Shown: positions 1 through 8,405 of the stretch, one piece after another | Position numbering within the stretch: position 1 is the first letter of the stretch | How the letters are laid out: every line of letters begins with the position of its first letter | DNA from: Nanobdellota archaeon | GTDB taxonomy: Archaea; Nanobdellota; Nanobdellia; Woesearchaeales; CAZZGN01 | DNA: 55,049 nt | Direction of reading: 5' to 3' | Assembly: GCA_051819665.1 (NCBI GenBank) | Contig: JBNJDG010000004.1 | Span: 1 to 55,049, forward strand | Position numbers and translations under genes: made by a program | Notes under the pieces: model-generated | What the model was told of the DNA's origin: nothing | The model's database searches: none | Seen by the model: the letters and a program-made list of their open reading frames with translations, nothing else

Positions 1-183
1 CGGATTCACTGGTTCATCCTTGAGTTACTCGCTTTCGGCTCGTAACAATCCGAGCAGGGCTATCTTTTTTTCTCTCTAAGGCTTGATAGATCATCTCGAA
101 TCGGATTTGAACATCTTCGGATTCACTGGTTCATCCTTGAGTTACTCGCTTTCAGCTCGTAACAATCCGAGCAGGGCTATCTT
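1..183. repeat. Direct repeat: 66-nt copies at 1-66 and 118-183 (period 117 nt), structured and REP-like
   Basis: The copies differ at one position only (G37/A154). Internal inverted repeats are cggatt/aatccg and gttac/gtaac. The first copy is cut by the window edge. Confidence 0.9.
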
Positions 184-1208
184 ATCTCTTCCTTTATGAG
201 CTTCATCATCTCATCAAGGTCATCATAGTCAACACTCGCGAAACAGACCCTTATGAATCCGTCGAAAGCTGCAACTCCGAGGCCTTTCTCGAGAAGTTTC
301 TTCCTTACAGCCTCGCTGTCCTTTGTCCTTACGCAGAAGAAGAATCCAGAGTTGAAAGGTAGGGTATCAAGGTCTTTCGCGAGCTCTTTCACCTTCCTGT
401 ATTTCTTCTCGACCGGAGAATAATCGGGTTCCTCATCAAGTATTTTCAGGGCCATATTCTGGGTGATGTTCGATATGCTGGATACGGTCTGCCTTACTAC
501 TGCAGCAGCCTTGTCCATAAGTTTCTCCCCGTCATGACTCACGCTCAGGAAACCAATCCTAAGGCCCCATGCGAAATATTCTTTGGTCATCCCATCAGCT
601 TTAACGACAAGGTTATTCTTTTTAAGATCATGATAAAGAGATTGCTTGTATGTATTATCGAAGAACAAGCCTTCATAAGCATCATCAAGGATAACAGTCT
701 TGCCTTTGACTATTCCTTTGATCTTCTCTGCCTGCTCATTCCCGAGTGAATAGCCTGTCGGGTTATGAGGGTAATTGAAGAGCACTACATCCGATTTGTC
801 AATGACCTGTCTTAATGATTCGGGATCCAGAGGATCATATTCATAGATCTCCTTTTCTTCGAAGATAAGGTCGTAATTTTCCCATCTTGGCTTAGGGAGT
901 ATTATGCTTTCCCTGCAGAACAATCTTCCGGCTATATGAATTGCGTGTGTTATTCCATTGGTGACTATGGGCAGGGAATCCAGGCGTTTCTTTTCCTTCC
1001 ATCTTTCCCTCAGCTTTTTTAGGCCGTGAGTGGGGGCATAACCTATCTCTTCCCCGAATCCTTCTAAGGGTCCGGAGGTAAGGAAACTGTGGTTCTCTTT
1101 CGCTACACCTGCTGTAGCATTGATCCTTGAGTTCTTCGCTTCCTGTGCCTGCCCGATAACGCCTTTCTTTGGGAATACGATCCTCTTTCCGAAATCAGAG
1201 AGTCTCAT
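177..1208 (-). CDS. PLP-dependent aminotransferase, class I/II
   Basis: Motifs NYPHNPTG, ILDDAY and the PLP lysine in GMTKEYFAWGLRIG; C-terminal IRVCF. Confidence 0.9.
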   Translation of the reverse strand: MRLSDFGKRIVFPKKGVIGQAQEAKNSRINATAGVAKENHSFLTSGPLEGFGEEIGYAPTHGLKKLRERWKEKKRLDSLPIVTNGITHAIHIAGRLFCRESIILPKPRWENYDLIFEEKEIYEYDPLDPESLRQVIDKSDVVLFNYPHNPTGYSLGNEQAEKIKGIVKGKTVILDDAYEGLFFDNTYKQSLYHDLKKNNLVVKADGMTKEYFAWGLRIGFLSVSHDGEKLMDKAAAVVRQTVSSISNITQNMALKILDEEPDYSPVEKKYRKVKELAKDLDTLPFNSGFFFCVRTKDSEAVRKKLLEKGLGVAAFDGFIRVCFASVDYDDLDEMMKLIKEEIR

Positions 1209-1327
1209 AAGCTTTAATATTCCAGTCTATTATTAAAATCTTGCCTCTTTTTCCCTTGGGATTAATATAATTCATCGAACAGAACACAGAAAAATTTATA
1301 ACTGAGCAGTAGTCTCTAGGTTAAGGC

Positions 1328-1831
1328 ATGAAAAAGGAACAAGATAATACTCTGGAACCTGATTATGTTGTGCTTCCCATAAAGGAATATAGATTATTGA
1401 GGCGTGTCACTGAGGAGAATGAATCATGTATAAACTGGGTAACACATAGGGGCAGGAAGTTTCCCGGAAAACAGGAAAAAGCTGAGAACGATTTCTTTTA
1501 TAATCCTGATGTGAAGTATTTATTTTTCCAGGATAAGTCTTCTGAGAAACAGGGTTATGCCAGGATATTCAGGGATATAGAGAATAATGGTTGGGTAGAT
1601 GGAATATTCGGGGAGGGACCTTTTGGTATCCAGGATATAGTGGAGCCTCTGAAAGGGCATTTTGATAAGATGTTTGATGGCAGCCCTTACGTAATCAATA
1701 GTCCTGAATTCATCGATCTTCAGGAATACAGGAAGGAACTCAGGATGAAGGAAGAACCCCGTTACTCTTTCAGGTTCAAGGCAGACAAGGAGTATATCCT
1801 GAAGGATCTCTTCTCCGGATATAAAGGTTGA
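1328..1831 (+). CDS. Hypothetical protein, paralog of 11668-12159 (SCI...NPDV...GYxRxF...GWxDxI family)
   Basis: TATA-like AAATTTATAA upstream; clear by-eye alignment to the 11668 ORF. Confidence 0.8.
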   Translation: MKKEQDNTLEPDYVVLPIKEYRLLRRVTEENESCINWVTHRGRKFPGKQEKAENDFFYNPDVKYLFFQDKSSEKQGYARIFRDIENNGWVDGIFGEGPFGIQDIVEPLKGHFDKMFDGSPYVINSPEFIDLQEYRKELRMKEEPRYSFRFKADKEYILKDLFSGYKG

Positions 1832-3058
1832 TCAATACCTCTTTTTCTTTTTCTTCTTGATCATGATCAACAGCAGTAAGATAACGACTATTATCGCGAT
1901 GTATATCAAGGCGCTGGAAGACTGCTCGGAAGATTCTTTCCTGGAAGCTTCTTTGTTTGTCCCGTTATATTCGACATCTGACGGATTCACATTTATTACA
2001 TTTGATTTCTCGAAGCTCTGCTTATCCTCGTAATATATCCTTCCTTTGACCTTATATCTGCCCGGTTTCTCAGGGGAGAAAGTCATAGGTATCTCTCCGG
2101 TCTCACTGCTTTCGATCTCCATATTACCGGATTCAAGGTTCTTGACAACTTTATTATCTAGCATTATATCTCCTTTGAATACTGCAGAAACATCTTTCTC
2201 ACCAGTGTTCTTGAAGATAGGTTTTACTTCTATATCATCACCCACATTGTTCCATACCTTGTTCTTTATCTGTACAAGCTTTCCTGAGACGCTCATTGCT
2301 CCTGGTTCCAGGACATCAAAGGTCATCGTGTCCTCAAAACCGCAGGGTTCTACCGAGACATCTGCGAAATACTGGCCTATGTCGAGATCATCGGTGCTTA
2401 ATGATGTAGTGAATTCTTTCCTCAGAGTAGGTCCTATCTCGGTCTTATTCTTCCTGACCGTCTTGACGATCTCACTCTGATCCTTGTTCCAGACATCTAT
2501 CTCCACTTCGGGATTGAGCCAGACATTCCCATAGTTGATGGTCCTGAAATCGAAGTCAATCTCATTGCCCATCTCTGCGTTCTCTACATTCGAGGACAGA
2601 ACCTGGCAGTCTACTATCTCGTCATCGGAGATCTCTATGCTAAGCCTTGAAGCTACAGCTGTCTCTATTATAGCACTTGTCTGTCCTTCGAAATCCCTGT
2701 CCATATCTATCCTGAATCTCATGAGGGTCTTGTATACACCATTGGGTACATCTGCGGGAGGTTCTACTATGACGGTCATACGCTGGGGATTACCTTCTGA
2801 GATATTGAAGCTTGTAACATTGGGCTCAAAGGAGATCCAGTCGTTAGCAGTGGCATTGTGCTTTAGAGACCTCCTGATAGTCAGTTGTTCGTCTGTGGAA
2901 GTGGATACCCTGAAATCCCTTTCAGCATACCCGTTCCTGAGAAGATCAGTCATGTTTATGTTGACCGGATTGATTGCCAGCCCGATGGCCATAGCATTAT
3001 TGACGAGCAAAATCAGAAAAACCGCGTATATCAATATTTTCATGTTCATTTTTTCCAC
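1832..3058 (-). CDS. Secreted, C-terminally membrane-anchored multi-Ig-domain protein; PapD/DUF916(WxLIP)-like chaperone candidate
   Basis: Signal peptide ending AMA. N-domain pattern INPxxI...WISFEP...VIVEPPADVPNGVY. Two further Ig-like domains with NxG(N/E) and GxY motifs. C-terminal TM helix followed by KKKKKKRY. The CDS is secure; the family call is by pattern. Confidence 0.75.
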   Translation of the reverse strand: MEKMNMKILIYAVFLILLVNNAMAIGLAINPVNINMTDLLRNGYAERDFRVSTSTDEQLTIRRSLKHNATANDWISFEPNVTSFNISEGNPQRMTVIVEPPADVPNGVYKTLMRFRIDMDRDFEGQTSAIIETAVASRLSIEISDDEIVDCQVLSSNVENAEMGNEIDFDFRTINYGNVWLNPEVEIDVWNKDQSEIVKTVRKNKTEIGPTLRKEFTTSLSTDDLDIGQYFADVSVEPCGFEDTMTFDVLEPGAMSVSGKLVQIKNKVWNNVGDDIEVKPIFKNTGEKDVSAVFKGDIMLDNKVVKNLESGNMEIESSETGEIPMTFSPEKPGRYKVKGRIYYEDKQSFEKSNVINVNPSDVEYNGTNKEASRKESSEQSSSALIYIAIIVVILLLLIMIKKKKKKRY

Positions 3059-3090
3059 TCTTTTTTATCTGATTTAAATTATTTTCTGTT

Positions 3091-3984
3091 CTATGATGAT
3101 ACTGCGCCGAAATAGACTTTTCCTGTGCATGCTCCCAGTGCGCCTGATTCGGGGACATGAAGCCTCCAGTATATCAGGTCTGAGGTAGGAGGGGAATCAT
3201 TCCCAGTAGCCTTAGTAAGGTTCTCGTCGAGGATGACCGTGCCTCCGCTTCCGACCATTGAGGTTCCTGTAAGCGTACCTCCTGTATCGGAGCTTGCGTT
3301 TATGTTCTCTGCAGGGATCGAGCCTGAATCACAATCCATTGCCTCAGTGTCTGAAGTTCCTGTAGAAGAGTCATTGTATACATCAAGTTCAGTGTCTATC
3401 TCTACGTTCCCTTCATTTTCATATGTGGAGCTTTTCTCATTTGAGGTCTCCCCGACTCCTATTTCCCCAAAATCTATAAGCAGGCTGTCGGGAATATCTA
3501 TAGCAAGAAGCTCGTTCATGGTGGCATTGTCATCCTCGCTTGCATTACTGTTACCGTCAATATCTGTTGCATTTATCCTGCAGTGCCATTCTCCCGGTTC
3601 AGCGTAGAACTCAACATCAGGGAAGAGGCATTCGGCTTCTCCTGAAGCGCTTTCGTATGTACAGTCGGGGTTTGAATAATGGAAATCGTCCTGATCACCA
3701 TCTCCGAGATAACTGCTTGGTCCGTATATCTCTGCAGATACATTATCTATGTCGCTGTTGCCGTTAGGATCAGTAACATCCGCCGAGCAGTTGAGAAGTG
3801 TCTCTGTTCCGGCAGTGAGGTCCATCTCATTATCTCCTCTAATGTCATCATTCAGCTCTACATTGGAGACGTTCGGGACAGAGGTTATATTGACCTGTGT
3901 ATCCCCTGTTTCAGACTGGTCCGAGAAAGCGGAATAACTGCATAATACAAACAGGACCACTATCATCAACCATACATTCCTCAA
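3091..3984 (-). CDS. Secreted acidic six-Cys surface-protein paralog 1 (putative fibre/pilin-like subunit)
   Basis: TTG start with GAGGTG SD; signal peptide; ADVTDPNG, FPDVEFYAEPGEWHC, IDFG, NEGN, MDC and WxLxVP..GxCxGxVxFGA motifs shared with four neighbours. Confidence 0.85.
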   Translation of the reverse strand: MRNVWLMIVVLFVLCSYSAFSDQSETGDTQVNITSVPNVSNVELNDDIRGDNEMDLTAGTETLLNCSADVTDPNGNSDIDNVSAEIYGPSSYLGDGDQDDFHYSNPDCTYESASGEAECLFPDVEFYAEPGEWHCRINATDIDGNSNASEDDNATMNELLAIDIPDSLLIDFGEIGVGETSNEKSSTYENEGNVEIDTELDVYNDSSTGTSDTEAMDCDSGSIPAENINASSDTGGTLTGTSMVGSGGTVILDENLTKATGNDSPPTSDLIYWRLHVPESGALGACTGKVYFGAVSS

Positions 3985-4085
3985 CGCTCTGCACCTCTTT
4001 TATTTAAGCTTGTATAGTTGATACGGCCTTTGGCATTAAAAAATCTTTTGTTTTGTATTTATAAAGAAAGGTTAAAGGGTTATTT

Positions 4086-4976
4086 TCAGTATGGCAATGC
4101 TCCTAAAAGTATATGGCCGGTGCAGTTACCTCCTGCGCCGTATGGTACCTCAGCTTCCCACCATACGTCACCTGTTGTAGGCGGTTGATCGTCTCCCGTG
4201 GCTTCAGCAATAGCAGTGCTTAACTCTCTTGTATCTGATGGGCTATCGCCGTACATTGATGTTGAGATATCATATTCGCTGACACCTGCACTGAAGAAAC
4301 CTGCGCTGATATCTCCAATATCACAGTCCATGCCGTGATAATCCCAGATTGAATTGTTGAATACATCTACTTCAGTATTAATACCTATATTGCCTACGTT
4401 CTTGAATTCTGTGGATTTCGGGTCTGAGACATCATTCACCTGAACATAACCGAAATCAAGTACAAGATCGTCCTGTACGTCTATAGCGGCCAGTTCAACC
4501 ATGGTTGCAGAGTCATTCTCTGTAGAGTTCTCATTACCTCCAAAGTCAGTTGCATTAATCTGGCAGTGCCATTCTCCCGGCTCAGCATAGAACTCAACAT
4601 CGGGGAAATTACATGTCGCATCTCCATAAGCACTATCATAATCACAGCTCGAGTTCGTATAATGCCAGTCATCAAAATCATTGTCCCCAAAGTAACTGCT
4701 CGGCCCGTATATCTCTGCTGAGACGTTCTTTATATCGTCATTACCGTTCGGATCGGTCACGTCCGCATAACAGTAGAAGGTAGTCTCATTCCCTGCTTCG
4801 GGTGCCAGTTCCTCAGAAGGTGTTTCGCCATCTCTGAGTCGGACATACTCTACATCCGGTGCTTCGTTCTTCACCTGTACAGTTGTATTACCTTCTTCCT
4901 CGTTAGGGAATTGAGCGAGAGCAGAGCAACTCATGAGGATAAACATTACAATGACCAATACTCCTGTCTTTTTCAT
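4086..4976 (-). CDS. Secreted six-Cys surface-protein paralog 2
   Basis: Same motif set. ATG at 4976 (MKKTG) preferred over TTG at 4982. Confidence 0.85.
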   Translation of the reverse strand: MKKTGVLVIVMFILMSCSALAQFPNEEEGNTTVQVKNEAPDVEYVRLRDGETPSEELAPEAGNETTFYCYADVTDPNGNDDIKNVSAEIYGPSSYFGDNDFDDWHYTNSSCDYDSAYGDATCNFPDVEFYAEPGEWHCQINATDFGGNENSTENDSATMVELAAIDVQDDLVLDFGYVQVNDVSDPKSTEFKNVGNIGINTEVDVFNNSIWDYHGMDCDIGDISAGFFSAGVSEYDISTSMYGDSPSDTRELSTAIAEATGDDQPPTTGDVWWEAEVPYGAGGNCTGHILLGALPY

Positions 4977-5009
4977 GAACAAATCTGCCTCTTTTTTTGT
5001 TATCTTAAT

Positions 5010-5888
5010 TTAAGGTGTCATCGCACCGAAAAGCACCTTACCGTTACATCTACCCAGTGCTCCTGAGCTTGGGACTTTCAGATTCCACCATATTGTGTCT
5101 GTTGGCGGATCCTGGTCATCTAAAATGGGTGGAGAAAGACTCGTTGTGATTGTCTCCGTACCGGTTGCTGCCATTGATACACCTGATGTTAAACCACTTT
5201 CTGTTTCACTTGCGTTTATGCTCTCAGCCGGGAGAGTTCCCGAATCACAGTCCATAGAGTCGCTATCGTTTATATCTGAGTTCTTGTAGACATCGAGTTC
5301 AACATCAAGATCTACATTACCCTCGTTCTCGAATACTGTGGACTTAGCATCAGAGACTCTGCCGGTATATACATTTCCGAAATCTATCAATAGAGAGTCA
5401 GAGATGTTTATAGCAGCCAGTTCCAACACTGTCGCATTGTCTTTCTCACTGTCGTTAACGTTTATATTGTAGTCACTCGCATTTATCTGGCAGTGCCATT
5501 CTCCCGGTTCAGTATAGAACTCAATGTTCGGGAAAGTGCATGTTGCATCTCCATATTCACTGTCATAATCGCAGCTCGAGTTCGTATAATGATATTTGGT
5601 ACCGTCGTAGTCACCAAAATAGCTGCTCGGACCATAGAGTTCTGCTGCAACTTTTCTTATATCAGCATTCCCATCCGGATCAGTCACGTCCGCATAGCAG
5701 GTGAATGTAGTATCTTTTCCCGCCTCAAGCGTCAGCTCGTCTTCAGGTAATGAGCCGTCCCTGAGTCGGACATTCGACACATCCGGTGTAGAACTGTTTA
5801 TACCCAAAGTAGCGTTCCTTTCATCTCCGAGGACTGCGGAACTCATCAGGATTATGAATACAATTATCAGTATTCCAGTCTTTTTCAT
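5010..5888 (-). CDS. Secreted six-Cys surface-protein paralog 3
   Basis: Same motif set; signal peptide MKKTGILIIV...AVLG. Confidence 0.85.
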   Translation of the reverse strand: MKKTGILIIVFIILMSSAVLGDERNATLGINSSTPDVSNVRLRDGSLPEDELTLEAGKDTTFTCYADVTDPDGNADIRKVAAELYGPSSYFGDYDGTKYHYTNSSCDYDSEYGDATCTFPNIEFYTEPGEWHCQINASDYNINVNDSEKDNATVLELAAINISDSLLIDFGNVYTGRVSDAKSTVFENEGNVDLDVELDVYKNSDINDSDSMDCDSGTLPAESINASETESGLTSGVSMAATGTETITTSLSPPILDDQDPPTDTIWWNLKVPSSGALGRCNGKVLFGAMTP

Positions 5889-5974
5889 GATCTGTACCCG
5901 CCTCTTTTTTTGTAAAAATCTATCTCTCTTTATTTTTTAGGCTTTTAGTTCCCTTTTATGTATATTATCGGGAT

Positions 5975-5998
5975 TGTCATTTATATATCTTTTGGAAA
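5975..5998 (-). promoter_or_regulatory. BRE/TATA promoter for paralog 3; related copies at ~7104-7126 (paralog 4) and ~8271-8294 (paralog 5)
   Basis: Minus-strand CCAAAAGATATATAAATGACAA, conserved upstream of three paralogs. Confidence 0.6.
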
Positions 5999-6108
5999 TT
6001 AGGGTCTACTGGCCTTTAGGAAAAGGTGTTCCGGGTATTTTCACTACTATAAAATTCATTGAATCTTATTTTGCTTGAAGGTCCTGTTTACAGAAAATGA
6101 ATGAAGAA

Positions 6109-6141
6109 AAAGAAAAAAATCAAAAAGGCATTCATGCCTTT
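6109..6141 (-). terminator. Hairpin plus T-rich tail after paralog 4 (identical hairpin at 7253-7270 after paralog 5)
   Basis: AAAGGCA-TGAA-TGCCTTT overlapping the stop codon, followed by T-tracts on the minus strand. Confidence 0.6.
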
Positions 6142-7018
6142 AGTTTATTGGTACTGCGCCGACAAGCGCTTTGCCGTTACAGGTACCTGCTACACCAGAG
6201 CTGGGTACTTTCAGTTCCCAGGCTATATTTTCATTAGGTGGTGGTGCATCATTTCCGCTAGCTTCATAAAGTTCTATGGTAATTCTTGCAGTTCCTGTCT
6301 CCACCATAGAGGTTTCTCCAGATGATGCACTTACGTTGATGTTGCCTGTGGGGATGGTTCCTGTATCACAATCCATTGCATCACTGTCATTAATTCCTGT
6401 AGCAGAGTCGTTGTAAACGTCGTTCTCAAGATCAATAGCTATGTTTCCTATGTTGAAGAATTCCATTCCCTGGAATCCAGAGACATCACCAACACCAACA
6501 TCACCGAAGTCGATAAGGAGAGAATCTGAGATGTCTACAGCAGCCAGCTCAAGCAGAGTTGCATTATCTCTCTCAGTAGCGTTCTTATTACCATCCTCAT
6601 CGGTTGCGTTTAACTGACAGTGCCATTCTCCCGGTTCAGCGTAGAACTCAACATCCGGGAACGTGCACTTTGCAGTTCCTGTTGCCTTGTCGTAAATGCA
6701 ACTATCGGAGTAATGGTGGTCGTCTTGATCATAGTCTCCGTAGTAACTGGTCGGCCCGTAGATTTCTGCTGAGACGAACAATATATCATCATTACCGTTC
6801 GGATCGGTCACGTCTGCTGTACAGTTGAAAGTAGTCTCGTTGCCTGCTTCAAGCTCCAGCTCGTTATCTCCTTTTGTGCCGTCATGGAGCACAATGTTCG
6901 TTACGTCTGGTGCTTCGTTCTTCACCTGCATTGTAGTGTCTCCCTCCTCCTCGTTTGCAAGGACGGAGAAGCTCATCAGTATCATCATCCCTATTATTAA
7001 AATCCCAATCTTTTTCAT
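6140..7018 (-). CDS. Secreted six-Cys surface-protein paralog 4
   Basis: Same motif set; closest to paralog 5. ATG at 7018. Confidence 0.85.
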   Translation of the reverse strand: MKKIGILIIGMMILMSFSVLANEEEGDTTMQVKNEAPDVTNIVLHDGTKGDNELELEAGNETTFNCTADVTDPNGNDDILFVSAEIYGPTSYYGDYDQDDHHYSDSCIYDKATGTAKCTFPDVEFYAEPGEWHCQLNATDEDGNKNATERDNATLLELAAVDISDSLLIDFGDVGVGDVSGFQGMEFFNIGNIAIDLENDVYNDSATGINDSDAMDCDTGTIPTGNINVSASSGETSMVETGTARITIELYEASGNDAPPPNENIAWELKVPSSGVAGTCNGKALVGAVPIN

Positions 7019-7349
7019 GATCAAATCCCGCCTCTTTTTTTTAAAAACCTATTTCTCTTTATTTTTTAGGCTTTTAGTTCCCTTTTATGTATATTATCAG
7101 AATTGTCTTTTATATATCTTTTGGAAATTAGGGTCTACTGGCCTTTAGGGAAAGGTGTTCTGGGCATTTTCACTACTATAAAATTCATTGAATCTTATCT
7201 TGCTTGAAGGTCCTGTTTACAGAAAATGAATGAAGAATAAGAAAAAAATCAAAAAGGCATTCATGCCTTTAGTTTGCTGGTACTGCGCCGAAAAGCACTT
7301 TACCGTTACAGGTACCTGCTACATTAGAGCTAGGAACTTTCAGGTTCCA
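7011..7349. repeat. Copy B of the intergenic direct repeat
   Basis: Matches 5881-6220. Confidence 0.9.
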
Positions 7350-8162
7350 GTATAAGTCACCTGCACTTGGTGTCTGGTCATCTCCGGTAGCTTCAGCAAG
7401 GCTTGTGGCCATTGTCACAGTTCCTGACTCTACCATCGATGTACCTGAACCTAGGTTACCAGTTGTTGTACTTGCGTTGATGTTGTCTACAGGGATGGTT
7501 CCTGAGTCACACTCCATTGCATCAGCGTCAGAAGTTCCTGTAACAGAGTCGTTGTAAACGTCGTTCTCAACATCAAGAGCTATATTACCTGTGTTATTGA
7601 AGTTTGTCGTCTGTTCTCCAGAGACGTCACCAACACCAACATCGCCGAAGTCGATCAGTAGGTCGTTTGAGATGTCTATAGCAGCCAGATCAAGCAGAGT
7701 TGCATTGTCTGTCTCTGTAGCGTTCTCATTACCAGCATAATCGGTTGCGTTTATCTGGCAGTGCCATTCTCCCGGTTCAGCGTAGAACTCAACATCGGGG
7801 AACATGCAGTGTGCAGTTCCTGCTCCGCTGTCGTAACTGCAACTTGAATTGGTGTAATGGTAGTCGTCGAAATCCGTGTCTCCGAATGAACTGCTCGGAC
7901 CGTAGATTTCAGCTGAGACGAACTCTATATCATCATTACCATTAGGATCAGTCACGTCTGCTGTGCAGTTGAAAGTCGTCTCGGCGCCTGCTTCAAGCTC
8001 CAGCTCGTCGTCTCCTGTTGTGTTGTCGTAGAGATGAACGTTCGTTACATCCGGTCTCGCGCTGGTGATGTTCACCGTAGTGTCTCCTTCCTCAGTGTTT
8101 GCAAGGACGGAGAGACTCATCAGTATCATCATCCCTATTATTAAAATTCCAATCTTTTTCAT
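7269..8162 (-). CDS. Secreted six-Cys surface-protein paralog 5 (first in the array, probable major subunit)
   Basis: Same motif set; strongest SD in the array (AGGAGGTGTGAT at 8180-8169); ATG at 8162. Confidence 0.85.
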   Translation of the reverse strand: MKKIGILIIGMMILMSLSVLANTEEGDTTVNITSARPDVTNVHLYDNTTGDDELELEAGAETTFNCTADVTDPNGNDDIEFVSAEIYGPSSSFGDTDFDDYHYTNSSCSYDSGAGTAHCMFPDVEFYAEPGEWHCQINATDYAGNENATETDNATLLDLAAIDISNDLLIDFGDVGVGDVSGEQTTNFNNTGNIALDVENDVYNDSVTGTSDADAMECDSGTIPVDNINASTTTGNLGSGTSMVESGTVTMATSLAEATGDDQTPSAGDLYWNLKVPSSNVAGTCNGKVLFGAVPAN

Positions 8163-8405
8163 AATCAAATCACACCTCCTTTTTTTGTGTAAAAGTCACT
8201 ATAAGTTACTATATTCAGGTTTCTTTATTGTAATCTTGCTCTTAGTAGTGTTTTAAGTATATTATATGTGTTGTCATTAATATATTTTTTGGAATATCGG
8301 GGTAAAACAATCATCTGAGAATATTTTCTTTGTTTTTTAACTACTTCCAAGTGCATAAAAACATTCAAAAAACATGCGTTGAAGAAATAATGCAAAAGAG
8401 AAATA

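Larger units (their letters stand above)
5881..6220. repeat. Copy A of a ~340-nt direct repeat (whole intergenic region plus gene ends); copy B is at 7011-7349
   Basis: Long identical runs, e.g. ttggaaattagggtctactggcctttagg and tgcttgaaggtcctgtttacagaaaatgaatgaagaa, offset ~1129 nt. Confidence 0.9.

Noticed and set aside
1-183. CRISPR array or hammerhead ribozyme
   Set aside because: Only two copies; the 66-nt repeat is too long for CRISPR; no cas genes nearby; no CUGANGA core on either strand.
2046-3077. Plus-strand ORFs 2046-2480 and 2535-3077, and similar Ser-rich ORFs (9902-10300, 40755-41600, 46970-47716)
   Set aside because: Antisense shadows of well-supported genes, with composition explained by the opposite strand.
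3091-8168. Diversity-generating retroelement acting on the paralogs
   Set aside because: No reverse transcriptase in the window, and differences between copies are not adenine-specific.
3091-8168. Type IV pilins or archaellins
   Set aside because: Signal peptides are class I-like (cleavage after the hydrophobic core), with no K/R-G prepilin site and no assembly ATPase nearby.
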